Source: Nymphaea colorata
Taxonomy: Eukaryota
Direction: 5' to 3'
NCBI RefSeq assembly: GCF_008831285.2
Contig: NC_045138.2
Span: 5,828,001 to 5,892,000, forward strand
DNA: 64,000 bases
The number at the start of each line of letters is the position of its first letter. Within the stretch, counting starts at the first letter, position 1. Shown in pieces: positions 1 to 11,660 of this stretch. Position numbers and translations under genes: made by a program. The notes under the pieces were generated by a model that searched no databases, had not been told where the DNA came from, and saw only the letters and a program-made list of their open reading frames with translations.

Positions 1-38
1 GATTGTATGCATAATGAAGTAGCAATTATGTGCACGTA

Positions 39-40
<2 letters not shown>

Positions 41-124
<84 letters not shown>

Positions 125-137
125 AGAGAGAGAGAGA
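41..137. repeat. (TA)n microsatellite followed by a short (GA)n
   Basis: About 40 TA units then GA units, directly visible. Confidence 0.97.
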
Positions 138-1025
138 AAGTACATATTTGTCAACCCACCTTTTCTCAAAGCTACCAAATTTGCATAAATAAATGATTCT
201 GTTCATTCTGAATCAGTATATGTGAGATTACCTACACTTTTTTGCAATTTGTACGTGTTTTGTTTACTCGATGGTAGAAAATTCAAACACTTTTAATTAA
301 CATAGCAGGATATAATTGCAAAATAAGTATCAAAAAATATATCAGCATCATTATGCTGGAGGAAGAACACTAAATTTTGCTTATGAGTTAGAAACCGCAT
401 TTCATCTAGAACAACAAATGCACAGCAAATCTTCACGCTGTTTTTTTGCTGAGTGCTAGTAAATCTAGTCCCTGTAGATCGAGATTATGTGAAAAGGAAA
501 TTGGTTTCTTGGTTTTGTTGAATTTCTCTAATGTGGTGAAGAATGCACCAGATAGCAAACAGATGGTCGGCCTTTGTCCTTCTCTCCTGGTTGGGTTGGG
601 TTGAACATATTATCATTATGTTTTTAGAGAGAGAAAGTTGATGAGAGAGGTCCGCGTTGACATGGCATGGCGTCTGTCGACGAGGCCCCACAGTCTTTTC
701 TCTCTCCTTCCCAGCTTCACCATATATACCCGCGTTCCTCGACCCATTTGCTTCAGAGTTTCCATCGTCTTGGTCCCTAGCTTTCTTCACGATATCACTC
801 CTGAAGACAGCCAGGAGCCAGAGCGACCTGTTTCTCTGTTTGTGGCTACTGGTTCCTTTTTGGGAGCTGCCACCTTAGTTCTGTCAGCTGAATAGGCACA
901 GAAACTCTCTTAATTCACAGAATCCCAGTTAGTGCCACAGTAACAGAGAGGCCGTACTCCTTCATCTCCTTGCTTCCGCCATTAATTCTGTGGGTTTCTT
1001 GGTGGTGCCACCAATTTGGGAGGAA

Positions 1026-1523
1026 ATGGGAGAGGGCAAGGGTGCGCCGAAGCAGTGCTTCGCCATTGATGTGGCTCAGCAGGACCCTTCCAAATTCTTC
1101 GATGACGATGGACGTCCCAAGAGGACAGGTGAGATAGAGAGCAACAGGGAAAAAAATTTGAGTTAGAATTGCTCTTGATAATGGAAGGGGCTGTGTCTCT
1201 AATATGGAGTCTTCTTGTTTTCTTCTTCTGTTCTGCGTTTTGCCAGGAAACATGTGGACTGCCAGCGCTCACATCATCACGGCCGTGATTGGGTCTGGAG
1301 TTCTGTCTCTGGCTTGGGCCATTGCCCAACTGGGATGGATAGCAGGCCCTGCTGTAATGATCCTCTTCGCCTTTGTTATCTACTATACTTCCACGCTTCT
1401 TTCAGACTGTTACAGGTCTGGAGACCCTGTTAATGGCAAGAGAAATTACACCTACACGGATGCTGTTAAGGCCAACTTAGGTATGTAGCATTTTTCTGCT
1501 GCAGCTCTGAAACTCAGAGAGCG

Positions 1524-1556
<33 letters not shown>

Positions 1557-3208
1557 TCTCAGTTTATGGCCAATATGATCAGAAACTGAACAGGTACTTC
1601 CATTAAATCTTGTAGGTGGTGTTCATGTTCAGATTTGTGGGTGGATTCAATACTTGAACCTTTTTGGTGTAGCAATTGGTTACACAATTGCTGCCTCCAT
1701 TAGCATGATGTAAGTTGCTCTGTCTTCCCCTTCTGAAGCTTTTTTTCTTCTTGGTGTCTCCAGTCATGAGATGAACCCATTGTTTCTTATATTCTGAGTG
1801 TCCTTTTTGTCTCATGCAGGGCAATCAAGAGGTCCAATTGCTTCCATAAGAGTGGAGGGAAGAACCCGTGCCACACATCCAGCAACCCCTACATGATAAT
1901 CTTTGGTATATCAGAGATAATACTGTCCCAAATTCCAGACTTTGATCAGATCTGGTGGCTCTCCACTGTTGCAGCAGTCATGTCATTCACGTACTCCACA
2001 GTAGGCTTGTCCTTGGGCATTGGCAAAGTTGCAGGTTTTTTTACCATTCCATTTTCACCCCAATTTACCCACTTTCACTACTCTTTCTTATCTGAAATTA
2101 AGCCTGAATTCGCTACTCTTCTTTTTACTGCAGAGCATGGGAGTTTTGCAGGCAGCTTGACAGGGATCAGCGTAGGCAAAGTAACGGAGGCTCAGAAGAT
2201 TTGGAGGAGCTTGCAGGCTTTTGGTGACATAGCCTTTGCTTACTCCTACTCCATTGTCCTGATTGAAATTCAGGTAAACAGTTTAGTACTTTCTGGTAAA
2301 TCTTTTTCTTGGTTTTCACTTGGGCAGCGGCTGAAATTTTACTGCTGTAAAACACAATCTGTGATATTGTTTTCATGAACTCAGAAGAACTGTTCAACTT
2401 CTAAAACTTTTCCCCTTTCAACTTGAATATATATACATCTGTGTAATTGATTCACAAAAACCAGCCGACAGCGCCCGACCGGCGGTACAGAATGTGACTA
2501 ATATCTTCATACAAGAAAGATATTGATCATCTCTGTTTTGGTTCGGCGCAGGACACAGTGAAATCTCCTCCATCGGAAGCGAAGACGATGAAGAAGGCAA
2601 CCCTCCTGAGCGTGGCGGTGACCACCACGTTCTACATGCTGTGCGGCTGCATGGGCTACGCCGCCTTCGGCGACCACGCGCCTTCCAACCTTCTCACCGG
2701 CTTCGGCTTCTACAACCCTTACTGGCTCCTCGACATCGCGAACGTCGCCATCGTCGTCCACCTCGTCGGCGCCTACCAGGTCTTCTGCCAGCCCCTCTTC
2801 GCCTTCATCGAGAAGTTCGCCCAGAGCCGATGGCCGGACAGCGACTTCATCACCAAGGACATCGCCGTCCCCATCCCCTTCGCCGTCAAGCCCTACAACC
2901 TGAACCTTTTCCGCCTCATCTGGCGGACCATCTTCGTCATCCTGACGACCGTCATCTCCATGCTCCTCCCCTTCTTCAACGACGTCGTCGGCATCCTCGG
3001 CGCCTTCGGCTTCTGGCCCCTCACCGTTTACTTCCCCGTCGAGATGTACATCGCGCAGAAGAAGATACCGAAATGGAGCTCCAGATGGGTGTGCCTCCAG
3101 ATACTGAGCTTGTGCTGCCTCGTCATCTCCATTGCCGCCGCCGCCGGCTCCATGGCCGGGGTTGTCCTCGACCTGAAGGCCTACAAGCCATTTAAGAGCA
3201 CCTACTAG
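1026..3208 (+). CDS. AAP: Amino acid permease (AAP family, AAAP transporter). Six exons: 1026-1128, 1247-1480, 1616-1709, 1820-2034, 2134-2273, 2552-3208; 1443 nt = 480 aa + stop
   Basis: Typical AAP motifs: FDDDGRPKRTG, WTASAHIITAVIGSGVLSLAWA, SQIPDFDQIWWLS, AFAYSYSIVLIEIQDT, GFGFYNPYWL, GAYQVFCQP, FWPLTVYFPVEMYI. All introns are GT..AG, phases join in frame, no internal stop. Paralog number cannot be assigned. Confidence 0.95.
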
Positions 3209-5272
3209 AATAGAACTGTACTGCCAGTAAAGTTTTAAGCCTCTTTTCTGCCACACATGGCGCCCACTTGTAGATGATGCCTAAGAACAGGGAGAAATTT
3301 TCTCTACCCCATGCAAACATGATAAGGACACAAGAGATCCAATCTTGTACCTTTTTTTATTGTTTCAATGGAAATTAAAGCTTTATTTTGTATCAATCTT
3401 TAAGAAAAGGGAGAACAAAATCTTCAAAGAACATCTACCAACTTCATGCTCAAATTCCCTTCTTAATTTTATATCCCATATGTGTAAGATACATTATCAT
3501 GGCAACATTCAGTGACTAAGCAGAAGAAGGATAAGAGTTCATGTTATATAGCATAGAAAGTGCTAAAATTGCGCCTGTGAAAGAAAAGAAACACATATTC
3601 ACATGAAACACATATATAAAGAACTAAAGCAAGCTGCTGGCTGAACGGATAAAAAGTTAAAATTCATAGTTGTAAAAACTAAAACCACAATAAACTGTTG
3701 GTATATTTTAAAAATACTGTACACTATCACTAATATTTATGCTGGAATTGGTTTTAATTTTCAATCATCTGATAACAGCCAGCGCAGCCGATGGATTTCA
3801 TTTACCCGTGTTACATTAGTTTATAATATCTTGTGTTGACTATGTGGACTGAATTATAGAAACAACAGTTTGAGGCGTCACAAAACCTACCATCCCCCCT
3901 AGACGATTGACTAGTTTCCGGCCACTGGTCACATCTTTCAACTACAAAAAAAGGTTGAATGGTCTTAATAAGAAGAACAGGTCCTTGATCAGGAAAAACG
4001 TTAATGACATCAACAAAGACATAATAAGGACAATAAAGACGGCTAGAATAAAAGTCTTGTATTATGAGATTGATTACGGAGATCACAACGCTGTTGAAGA
4101 GAATTTTAATTAATTAGCTAACATTAACGCATAATTTCTCATGTAATTATAATTAATAATTAATTAATCACTTATTTGAGCAAATGGATTCATGGTGGGT
4201 GAGTGAGATTGATGCTTGACTTGGCTGTTGTGGTCCTAAGTGGGGGTGGGTGCGACGCAGCGAGCCGACTAACTCGGGCGGCCGGTCGGGCCCTGTGGAA
4301 GGAATGGACGCCACACGTCAAAGGAAGAATAGAACAGGTTGGTCCATTGGCATCTTGTGTCACTGTTGAAAAGATCAGCTTGGTCCATTGGCATCTTGTG
4401 TCACTGTTAGGTTGGTCAATCCTTTTCCATTGTGCATGGCCCAGTAATATTCTGATTCTTGTCATATATACAGGTGCAAAAGAGAGAGAGGTCGCATGAA
4501 TTCCATGTATTTCCTTCTTCTTTCTTTCTTTCTTTCTTTTTTGGCCGACTTCTATTTGATTCTGTTGGTAAAAACCTGGTTCGGGTATTAAATTCTTGAC
4601 CTTCTTCAACTTGAACAACAACTCTAGTTCATCTTTGGCAACATGATGAAGAATTGGAAACCCCTGGAAGGCCAAAATCATCCGGTTAATAGACGTGTGA
4701 ACATGGCACTATTGTCGTTGTCAGGCATTCATTGCTTGTCTGTGTGGCCAAAGGCTGATGTTTGTCACAGTACGGTTATGTTTCTATCATTCACGTCAAG
4801 CTTGAAGTCAATTTTGGCTAGGTTTGAAACCAAGAAATCTCTCTCTCTCTCTAGATTATTATATCATTCACGCCACATTTTATTATATCAAGAGTTATCT
4901 CGGAATGCTTTTAACTAGAGGTATATATTTATATATGTACAAAAGACAAAATCACATTAATGATTTATTATGCATGATTGGATTATAACACTTTATGTGA
5001 GAGGACTAAATGTAGTTCTATATTTATAATAATTGAAAAAGCCTTTAAAATAGTTCTACATTGGTAATAACCAAAACATTTTAGGAGTACATAAGCGTTG
5101 GCGTATTACTGTCAGTTTTGTCCGATCCACTAACTTTTCTTTTTTCAAGAGAATCAACTGAAACCGACTGGGAGGCGGAATTGCTAAACCACACATTTGG
5201 GTCAGTTTTGAAACAAGGGCTCACACAAATATATAATTCCTTGGATGCCCAAAAAAAAGAAAGAGAGAGAGA

Positions 5273-5406
5273 GAGAGCCGATAAAATATGAATATATAAC
5301 AAAATTTGGGGACAAGAGGTCCCCTAGGTACATCCGCAAAAAACAAACCGCAAAAACAGAATCAAGAAGAAGGAATATACAATACAATGCACAGAAAAAT
5401 GAAAGA
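5273..5406 (-). mobile_element. 5'-truncated 3' end of the L1-type LINE seen at 63497-64000
   Basis: GAGAGCCGATAAAAT..AAAATTTGGGGACAAGAGGTCCCCTA..AAAAACAAACCGCAAAAACAGAA..AATACAATGCACAG matches 63497-63622; GA repeats on both sides. Confidence 0.85.
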
Positions 5407-5583
5407 GAGAGAAAGAGTTCTTAAAGCCCAAATTAACCAACTTGTTGCTTTTTGGAATGAGCAAGAACATGAGTATCCACAGCCTTGAAAAAGAGCCCAG
5501 CGTCATCTTTTTTTTCCCAACCTGAAGAAGGTCCAGGCTGCATCAGTGTCTAGGAGGAGATTGAGTACTATTATCTCAGTATT

Positions 5584-5877
5584 TAGGGCTTTAACTTGAC
5601 TCCTTTAACTAGTTTATGTAAGTATGTCTCATTTTTTAAAACTTGTTTAGTTGCCACTTGTTTAACTATTCTCTTATTATAATTCAACATTGACTATTAT
5701 AGAGTCGAGCCAAATCGAGTTTAAAGGAGTCGAGTTTTTACAACTCAAACTTGACTCGCTAAATATTTCAAGAAGACATTTGAACTCGAGCTCGACTCAT
5801 TTATAAACGAGTTGAGCTCAAGTCGAGTTTTGACAAGCGAGTTCAAGTTGAGCTGGCTTGACTTGTTGTGCATCATA
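5584..5877. mobile_element. Degenerate hAT-like MITE with TCGAGC/GACTCG subterminal motifs, related to the 58595-63128 element
   Basis: Starts TAGGGCT; dense GAGTCGAG/CTCGAGCTCGACTC motifs; ends GGCTTGACTTGTTGTGCATCATA, resembling 63105-63128. No clean TSD. Confidence 0.5.
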
Positions 5878-6512
5878 GGTATTGCACTTGCACTTGCACC
5901 ATTTATGCGCCGCTAAAGCCAGCTTCTTGCTCTTCCTTTGGGGCAACCAACTTGCTCATCTTCCAAGTTCATGTATTGAATTGTCCCTCAACTTATATGT
6001 CTTACCTAAAAAACTGAAGCCTCCCCTATACCCCTGCCCATGGTTCAAGACCTACTTCAGAACCTAGGTGGCTGCGGTACCAGCATTTGCAGTCTACAAG
6101 AATGGTGCCAATAAGAATCAGACTAACGATAGTGCTCTCACCTGCCCACCAGCCCACCAGCCTGACCAGCTATTATGGAGTTCATATGAAGTTCCAACCA
6201 CAAATTATGGAATATAAGCTCATCTTGCTTGTTCTGAAGTCGTTCTTCTCTCTTTAATTTTTGTCTTGCTGAGATTTTAGCACCGCCGGCTCAATGGTGT
6301 GAACATCTGAAAAAATGGCGGTCCAGCCTGATCAGTTGGACTACGATATGGCGCAAGCGTGGAGGTTATACAAAGGCAAGTTGGAAGTCAGGTCGCTCTT
6401 GCAACAATGAAGAATCTTTCTATGCTTACACAAGCAGCATATTACGCCAACGGCATACTGCCATATGATCTTCAACTAACGTTTGAAAATCAACAATCTC
6501 GGAAAGCTACTG

Positions 6513-6624
<112 letters not shown>

Positions 6625-7775
6625 GGGTAAGGAATTAAAACCAGGCCTCTCAAATTTGAGTTAAAAATTGTTTAACAAAAATAGACCTCTTAATTGATTA
6701 TAAACACTACTTTTATGTAAATCATGTTATATATATACATATATACGTATAGACATATATAATTAGGTAATTTTTGTAAATTATTGCTAGAAATTGGTGA
6801 TTTTCACTTTGACAACTCTAACATTTGATCTAATAATATTTTCACTTTTTTACACAAATTTGCAGCCATCTATTTGGTCAAATCTGTTAAAGCTACTTAA
6901 TTAATGGTAAGTACAATAGGATGCATATGTGGGGATGCTATATATGTACACACACAAACACCCACATTTCATTAAGCCTAACTAAGTGACATAAAATGCT
7001 ATAAAAGTATATAATTGTTTGTGTGTGTGAAAGTTTCTTATAATCAGCTGTTTACCTCATTACTTAGCTTAATCAATTCATAGTCAATATTTACTAAATA
7101 TGTACATGTGAGAAAACAATCAGTGATGGGGTCTTTTATAAAATAAATAACTCAACAATGAGCGGTAGCAATCCGGGTACCTTTTTGAAAAATGATTTCA
7201 TGATGAAACAAAAGTCATAGACGTGATGATCAGCGTAAGAAAAGATCTAAGATTGCCCAAACAAGAAACTTGTGGCTTATGATACAAGAAAATTTACATC
7301 CGGGAATTTGTATTCTGTGGTTGAGGCAAGAAGACCTAAGATGTGATCGATAACAAACACATTATAGTACTCAAGATCTATAAGATTTGACAAAGCATGA
7401 GCCCACAAATTTTTTTTTTTTTTAAATTGCTTGGTGGATACCACCCTAAACTTCATTTGATCTCAAGGCCATTTCACCAATCCCCGAGGAACATGTGTCT
7501 GATTTCACAAGGGATAAGCGCCCCAAAGATTTGAACCAGCGTCTGGCTGCATACAAGACAAGGCCAGCCAAGAGCACCAAACCCCTCAGGGAATTGAACC
7601 CGAAATTTACTTGTATCTTCGTGACCCGTGATCTTGATATCATTCAGCATCAACTAATGAGATAAATTTGTATTTTTGAAATGATTTTAACTGGAAAATA
7701 TATTAAAAGAATTTTACATCTCAATATGTAATTCTAGAATTTGTGAAGAGATTATGGAAAGTGTACAAGTGGTTG

Positions 7776-7816
<41 letters not shown>

Positions 7817-7820
7817 AAGA

Positions 7821-7882
7821 GAGAGCCGATAAAATGAGAGTATATAACAAAATTTGGGGACAAGAGGTCCCCTAGATACAAA

Positions 7883-7885
<3 letters not shown>
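7821..7885 (-). mobile_element. Very short (about 65 bp) 3'-terminal copy of the same LINE inside a (GA)n tract
   Basis: GAGAGCCGATAAAATGAGAGTATATAACAAAATTTGGGGACAAGAGGTCCCCTAGATACAAAATC, between (TA)n/GA on the left and about 19 GA units on the right. Confidence 0.85.
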
Positions 7886-7927
<42 letters not shown>

Positions 7928-7953
7928 GTAGTTGATTGATAGACACTTAAATG

Positions 7954-8077
7954 AAAAGACTGATGAAGAACAAAACAGTCCTTGATCTTTTTCAGTTCAA
8001 GGGTTGAAAAGTAACAAAGGAAAATAGTGTATACCAATTGTATTTTAAGAGACGATGAAAATGTCCCTCCATCTTTG

Positions 8078-8130
<53 letters not shown>

Positions 8131-8312
8131 ACATGGGTAAGAGATAAAGACCAAACTTCTTAAGTTCTTGTTAAAAAAGACTGATGAAGAACAAAACAGT
8201 CCTTGATCTTTTTCAGTTCAAGGGTTGAAAAATAACAAAGGAAAATAGTGTATACCAATTGTATTTTAAGAGACGATGAAAATGTCCCTCCATCTTTGTT
8301 ATATATATATAT
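7954..8312. repeat. Near-identical direct duplication of about 125 bp plus (TA)n; copies start near 7954 and 8175
   Basis: AAAAGACTGATGAAGAACAAAACAGTCC...CCCTCCATCTTTGT(TA)n occurs twice, one substitution seen. Confidence 0.9.
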
Positions 8313-8746
8313 ATGTAGAGTGGTTCTTCATAATTGTCTTGGTTAGGCGTTGTGTAGTCTATTCAATGACGGAAGAAAAATAAGAGAACTTCTAGAAAAG
8401 GTTCTATGACGCTTAGATAACGAGGGGGAAAGATGAGAAGAGTGAAGAATGTTGCTACAGCGTCAATGGGAATACTATTATCGTTTGCAATTTAAGCCAT
8501 TAATCTTATGTTGTGTGCATCAACTTGACGTGCATAATTCTCCTGATCTCATCTTGAAAAGAAGAACCGAATAAAACGGGCGAACGGTGATGGCTGTTGG
8601 ATTGTCATTTTATGTTTTCAAACCCGTTCGAAACTTTCACATTCAAGAAAACGAAATGAGAAGGAATAATTATTTGAACACGTAACTCTAATGAAAGCAA
8701 AACCTTCATTTTTCCTGATGGAGGAATCAAATTCTTAACTTCAAAA

Positions 8747-8965
8747 CAGTGGCCGAGCTAGAAACTTGTAGCTGAGGGGCACCGATTCATCTTACTATTG
8801 CAATGGATTGGATGCATATTGAACTACAGGGTAGCAGCCTAAGTCTAGGGGTGAGACTTACATAGAGCTAGGCCTGATTTCTGTGTTATCGTAGTAAAAC
8901 TCTTCTAAGGGTTTACTCATGATAGGGTGGACGGTTGCCCACACCAGCCACAAGGTAGCTTATTG
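8747..8965. mobile_element. hAT-type MITE (CAGTGGC- terminus), degenerate
   Basis: Starts CAGTGGCCGAGCTAG, ends TAGCTTATTG; 8-bp flanks CTTCAAAA / CTTCGAAA (7/8). Confidence 0.65.
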
Positions 8966-11270
8966 CTTCGAAAGTGTGAAAAATATATATTCAGATATTC
9001 GAGCACTCTGAGAAGTGCATGTGACGTGTTAAAATGATCGAGATGTGAAACCTCATCCCTTCCCTCGATCCAGGACCCGAATAGGTGAGTTTGCCGATTT
9101 GGTAAGTCGACATTGATAATTTAAAACAACAAAAATCATTTCTAAAAGAAATAAACTTTAAACTGATTTCAAATAAGAAAATTCTATTTGGACAATTCAG
9201 AAGAAAAGAGAGGGAGAGAAACGGTCAGGTTGGCATTCTTTTCAATTTTAAGCAATGACATCAAAAGTTACTTTCAAAGCTCCAGTGTATACATATGCCT
9301 TGTGGATAGGAATATAAAACTATTATGTATATTATCTACCTACAAGATGCTTTATTATCAATGTAGAATGAAATTCTTATCCAAACGACCAGTTTCCAAG
9401 TTTAAGAGCTTCTCCTAGAAAGCAACTCTTTGATCATTTATGTGAAGCCATACCAATCCTTAAGCCAAAGTGCAGGTTGAATATGATGGAAGAAGGGGGG
9501 AGGCAGGTGTGATCTACCTGTGGACAATTGCCCACACGAAAGCTAAAAAAGCAACTTATTTAGATATTGACATTTCTAAGCAATTTTTCCTCAATTAATT
9601 ATACATTTTATACCTAGTGTCCCTTAATTAGAATTCTTTGGCTGATCTGCCCTGCATGGTATGATAGCAATCTGGATGAGATCAATCTTTCTGAAACCCA
9701 AAAGCATCTGACATTTTTTTTTTGGGGTGTTGGTGTCCTTCTCAAAGTTGAATTCACATGCAAGAAGACATTGAAAGTTAGTTGTTGAGAATTATAATTT
9801 TTAAAATTTCTTAACAAGATAAGCATATGAATTATAAAAATAGATGACGATAATTGGTATATGAATCAACCTAGCTAAGAAGCGGTGGCAGAGCGAAAAA
9901 ATATTTCTGCATGGGGAGTAATTATTTTTTTAAAACTTTAGGTGGGAGCAATGAAGTTTTTTAAAAAAAGTTCACAAATAAAAGTTGGAGGGTTTAAAAA
10001 AATCTATCCTGTCCACACCCCCAAAAGGGATGAAATCTTACATTCGGTTCAGATTCAGGTTCGATCGAGCGTTTACTACACTCAGCATAATAGGATTCTA
10101 CGCAATCTGGATTTGGATTCAGATTCAGGCACTACTCTTTAAAACCATCTTCAGATTCAGTTAACATATATAAGATCCATCTAATCAGATCCTTATGGGA
10201 CATTAGTCATATATGAAGCATTCGACTTTGGTTATGAAACTGCATACCGAAGCCAAATCCAAGTAGTAATCAAACATGGATTCCTTTATCAAATCTAATT
10301 AGACAGTCACAAATCAAATCTGCAATTCGATATTATCCAATCCATTAATTCCATTCGTTGGCATCTTCTTGATTCTTTGAGCACTGCACAAGGAATGAGG
10401 ATTCAATTCAAGAAAAAACAAGAGAACAAGAAAGTGGATGAAGATTTCAAGATTACTCGTTGCCATAGTCCATTCTTGCAAGTGAAGACCAGGATGAAGC
10501 TTGGGTGAAACTAAGTAGAGACCCGAACCAACTGATGTTGAAGAATCAGCGGCTGAGTTAGTGGTCAGGAGTGAAATGCTGCTCGAACCCAGAGCTAGCT
10601 GTTCTCCACAAAATGAGTTCAGACACAAGTGCAGGCGTATGCCCCACGGAGTCCAATGTAAAACTTTGAATTTACATGTTGCATCATAATAGACCTGGGT
10701 GGAGTTAAATGGGACATCTCCAAGAGACCCGAGTCACTGCCCTAAGGCCAACTGAAAATTTATTCATTATATATTTAATATTCTATGGAAAAAAATTTCT
10801 AGCTTCGCCCTAATGCGAACATAAGCTAAGAAGCATCTGTAGATGGAGCAATCAATTCTGGTGATTAAGTACGAATATGCCCAGCAAACTTATGAAAAAT
10901 CGGCGATAAGCAATTGGGCATATTTGTATGCACTAATTGCCACCTGAAATCAGAAGAGAAATATCATTTGGTTCGTCCATGAAATATTGTTGTTACTTAT
11001 CGTCAAGGAAAAGGATGTTGAACTCATAATATCATTTTCCTGCTCTTTCCCCCTTTTTTTCTCGAGTATTTAATGAAGGTTCTACATCTGCTTTCACATT
11101 TATCTGCTAGTTACATTCTTCCCGATAATTTAAACTTAGAAAGAGTAAAGCCCTCAAAATATCAACAACGAAAGAGGGAGTTTGTTTTGCTGGTTATGGT
11201 TTTCTTTTTCTTTTCAAGTGTAATTTTGTTATTTGAGAAAAAAAAAACTTTTGAAGTTCTCCCTGTTTTT

Positions 11271-11660
11271 TAGGGAGATCAATGGATTGGATCCAATCAG
11301 ATGTATATTTTATCATATCTGCTTTTTCCAATATCTAAGCATTCAAGTTCTAATTCAGATCCAAATTAGGACAGAGAAAAACCGAATTCATAATCAGAAT
11401 CCAACTTTTAGATTAACATCCGAATCCATATCCAAACCACATTATAGACACAAAGCATAGGATTATTTATTGAAAACTATATCCCATCCGAATCTGAATC
11501 CAAATACGGTCAATATTTACTTGAATGCGAATCTGATTCAAATTCTTAGTCAGATATCATTTTTTTTTTCATATCTGATTTTTTTTTATACGATTTGTAT
11601 AATGGGCTTGCTGTGCCCCGCACATCCACTTCGATCCGAAGGATTTTCAGATTGAATCAG
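11271..11660. mobile_element. Probable hAT-like MITE rich in ATCCGA/GGATTC motifs
   Basis: Begins TAGGGAGATCAAT like 53798 (TAGGGATGTCAAT) and 58202 (TAGGGAAGTCAAT); right end and TSD not resolved. Confidence 0.45.

Noticed and set aside
638..895. Short ORFs upstream of AAP as extra exons or conserved uORFs
   Set aside because: No recognisable homology; the AAP model is complete without them.
2507..3256. 249-aa antisense ORF and 184-aa alternate-frame ORF over the last AAP exon
   Set aside because: By-products of extreme GC3; no recognisable domain.
4339..4408. 29-bp repeat pair with a short spacer (CRISPR-like look)
   Set aside because: Only two copies in eukaryotic DNA; a simple tandem duplication.
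10314..10628. 104-aa minus-strand ORF as a continuation of ARC5
   Set aside because: Does not match the expected next ARC5 sequence (NAGMRLYGGAQYHRAM) or any family I recognise.
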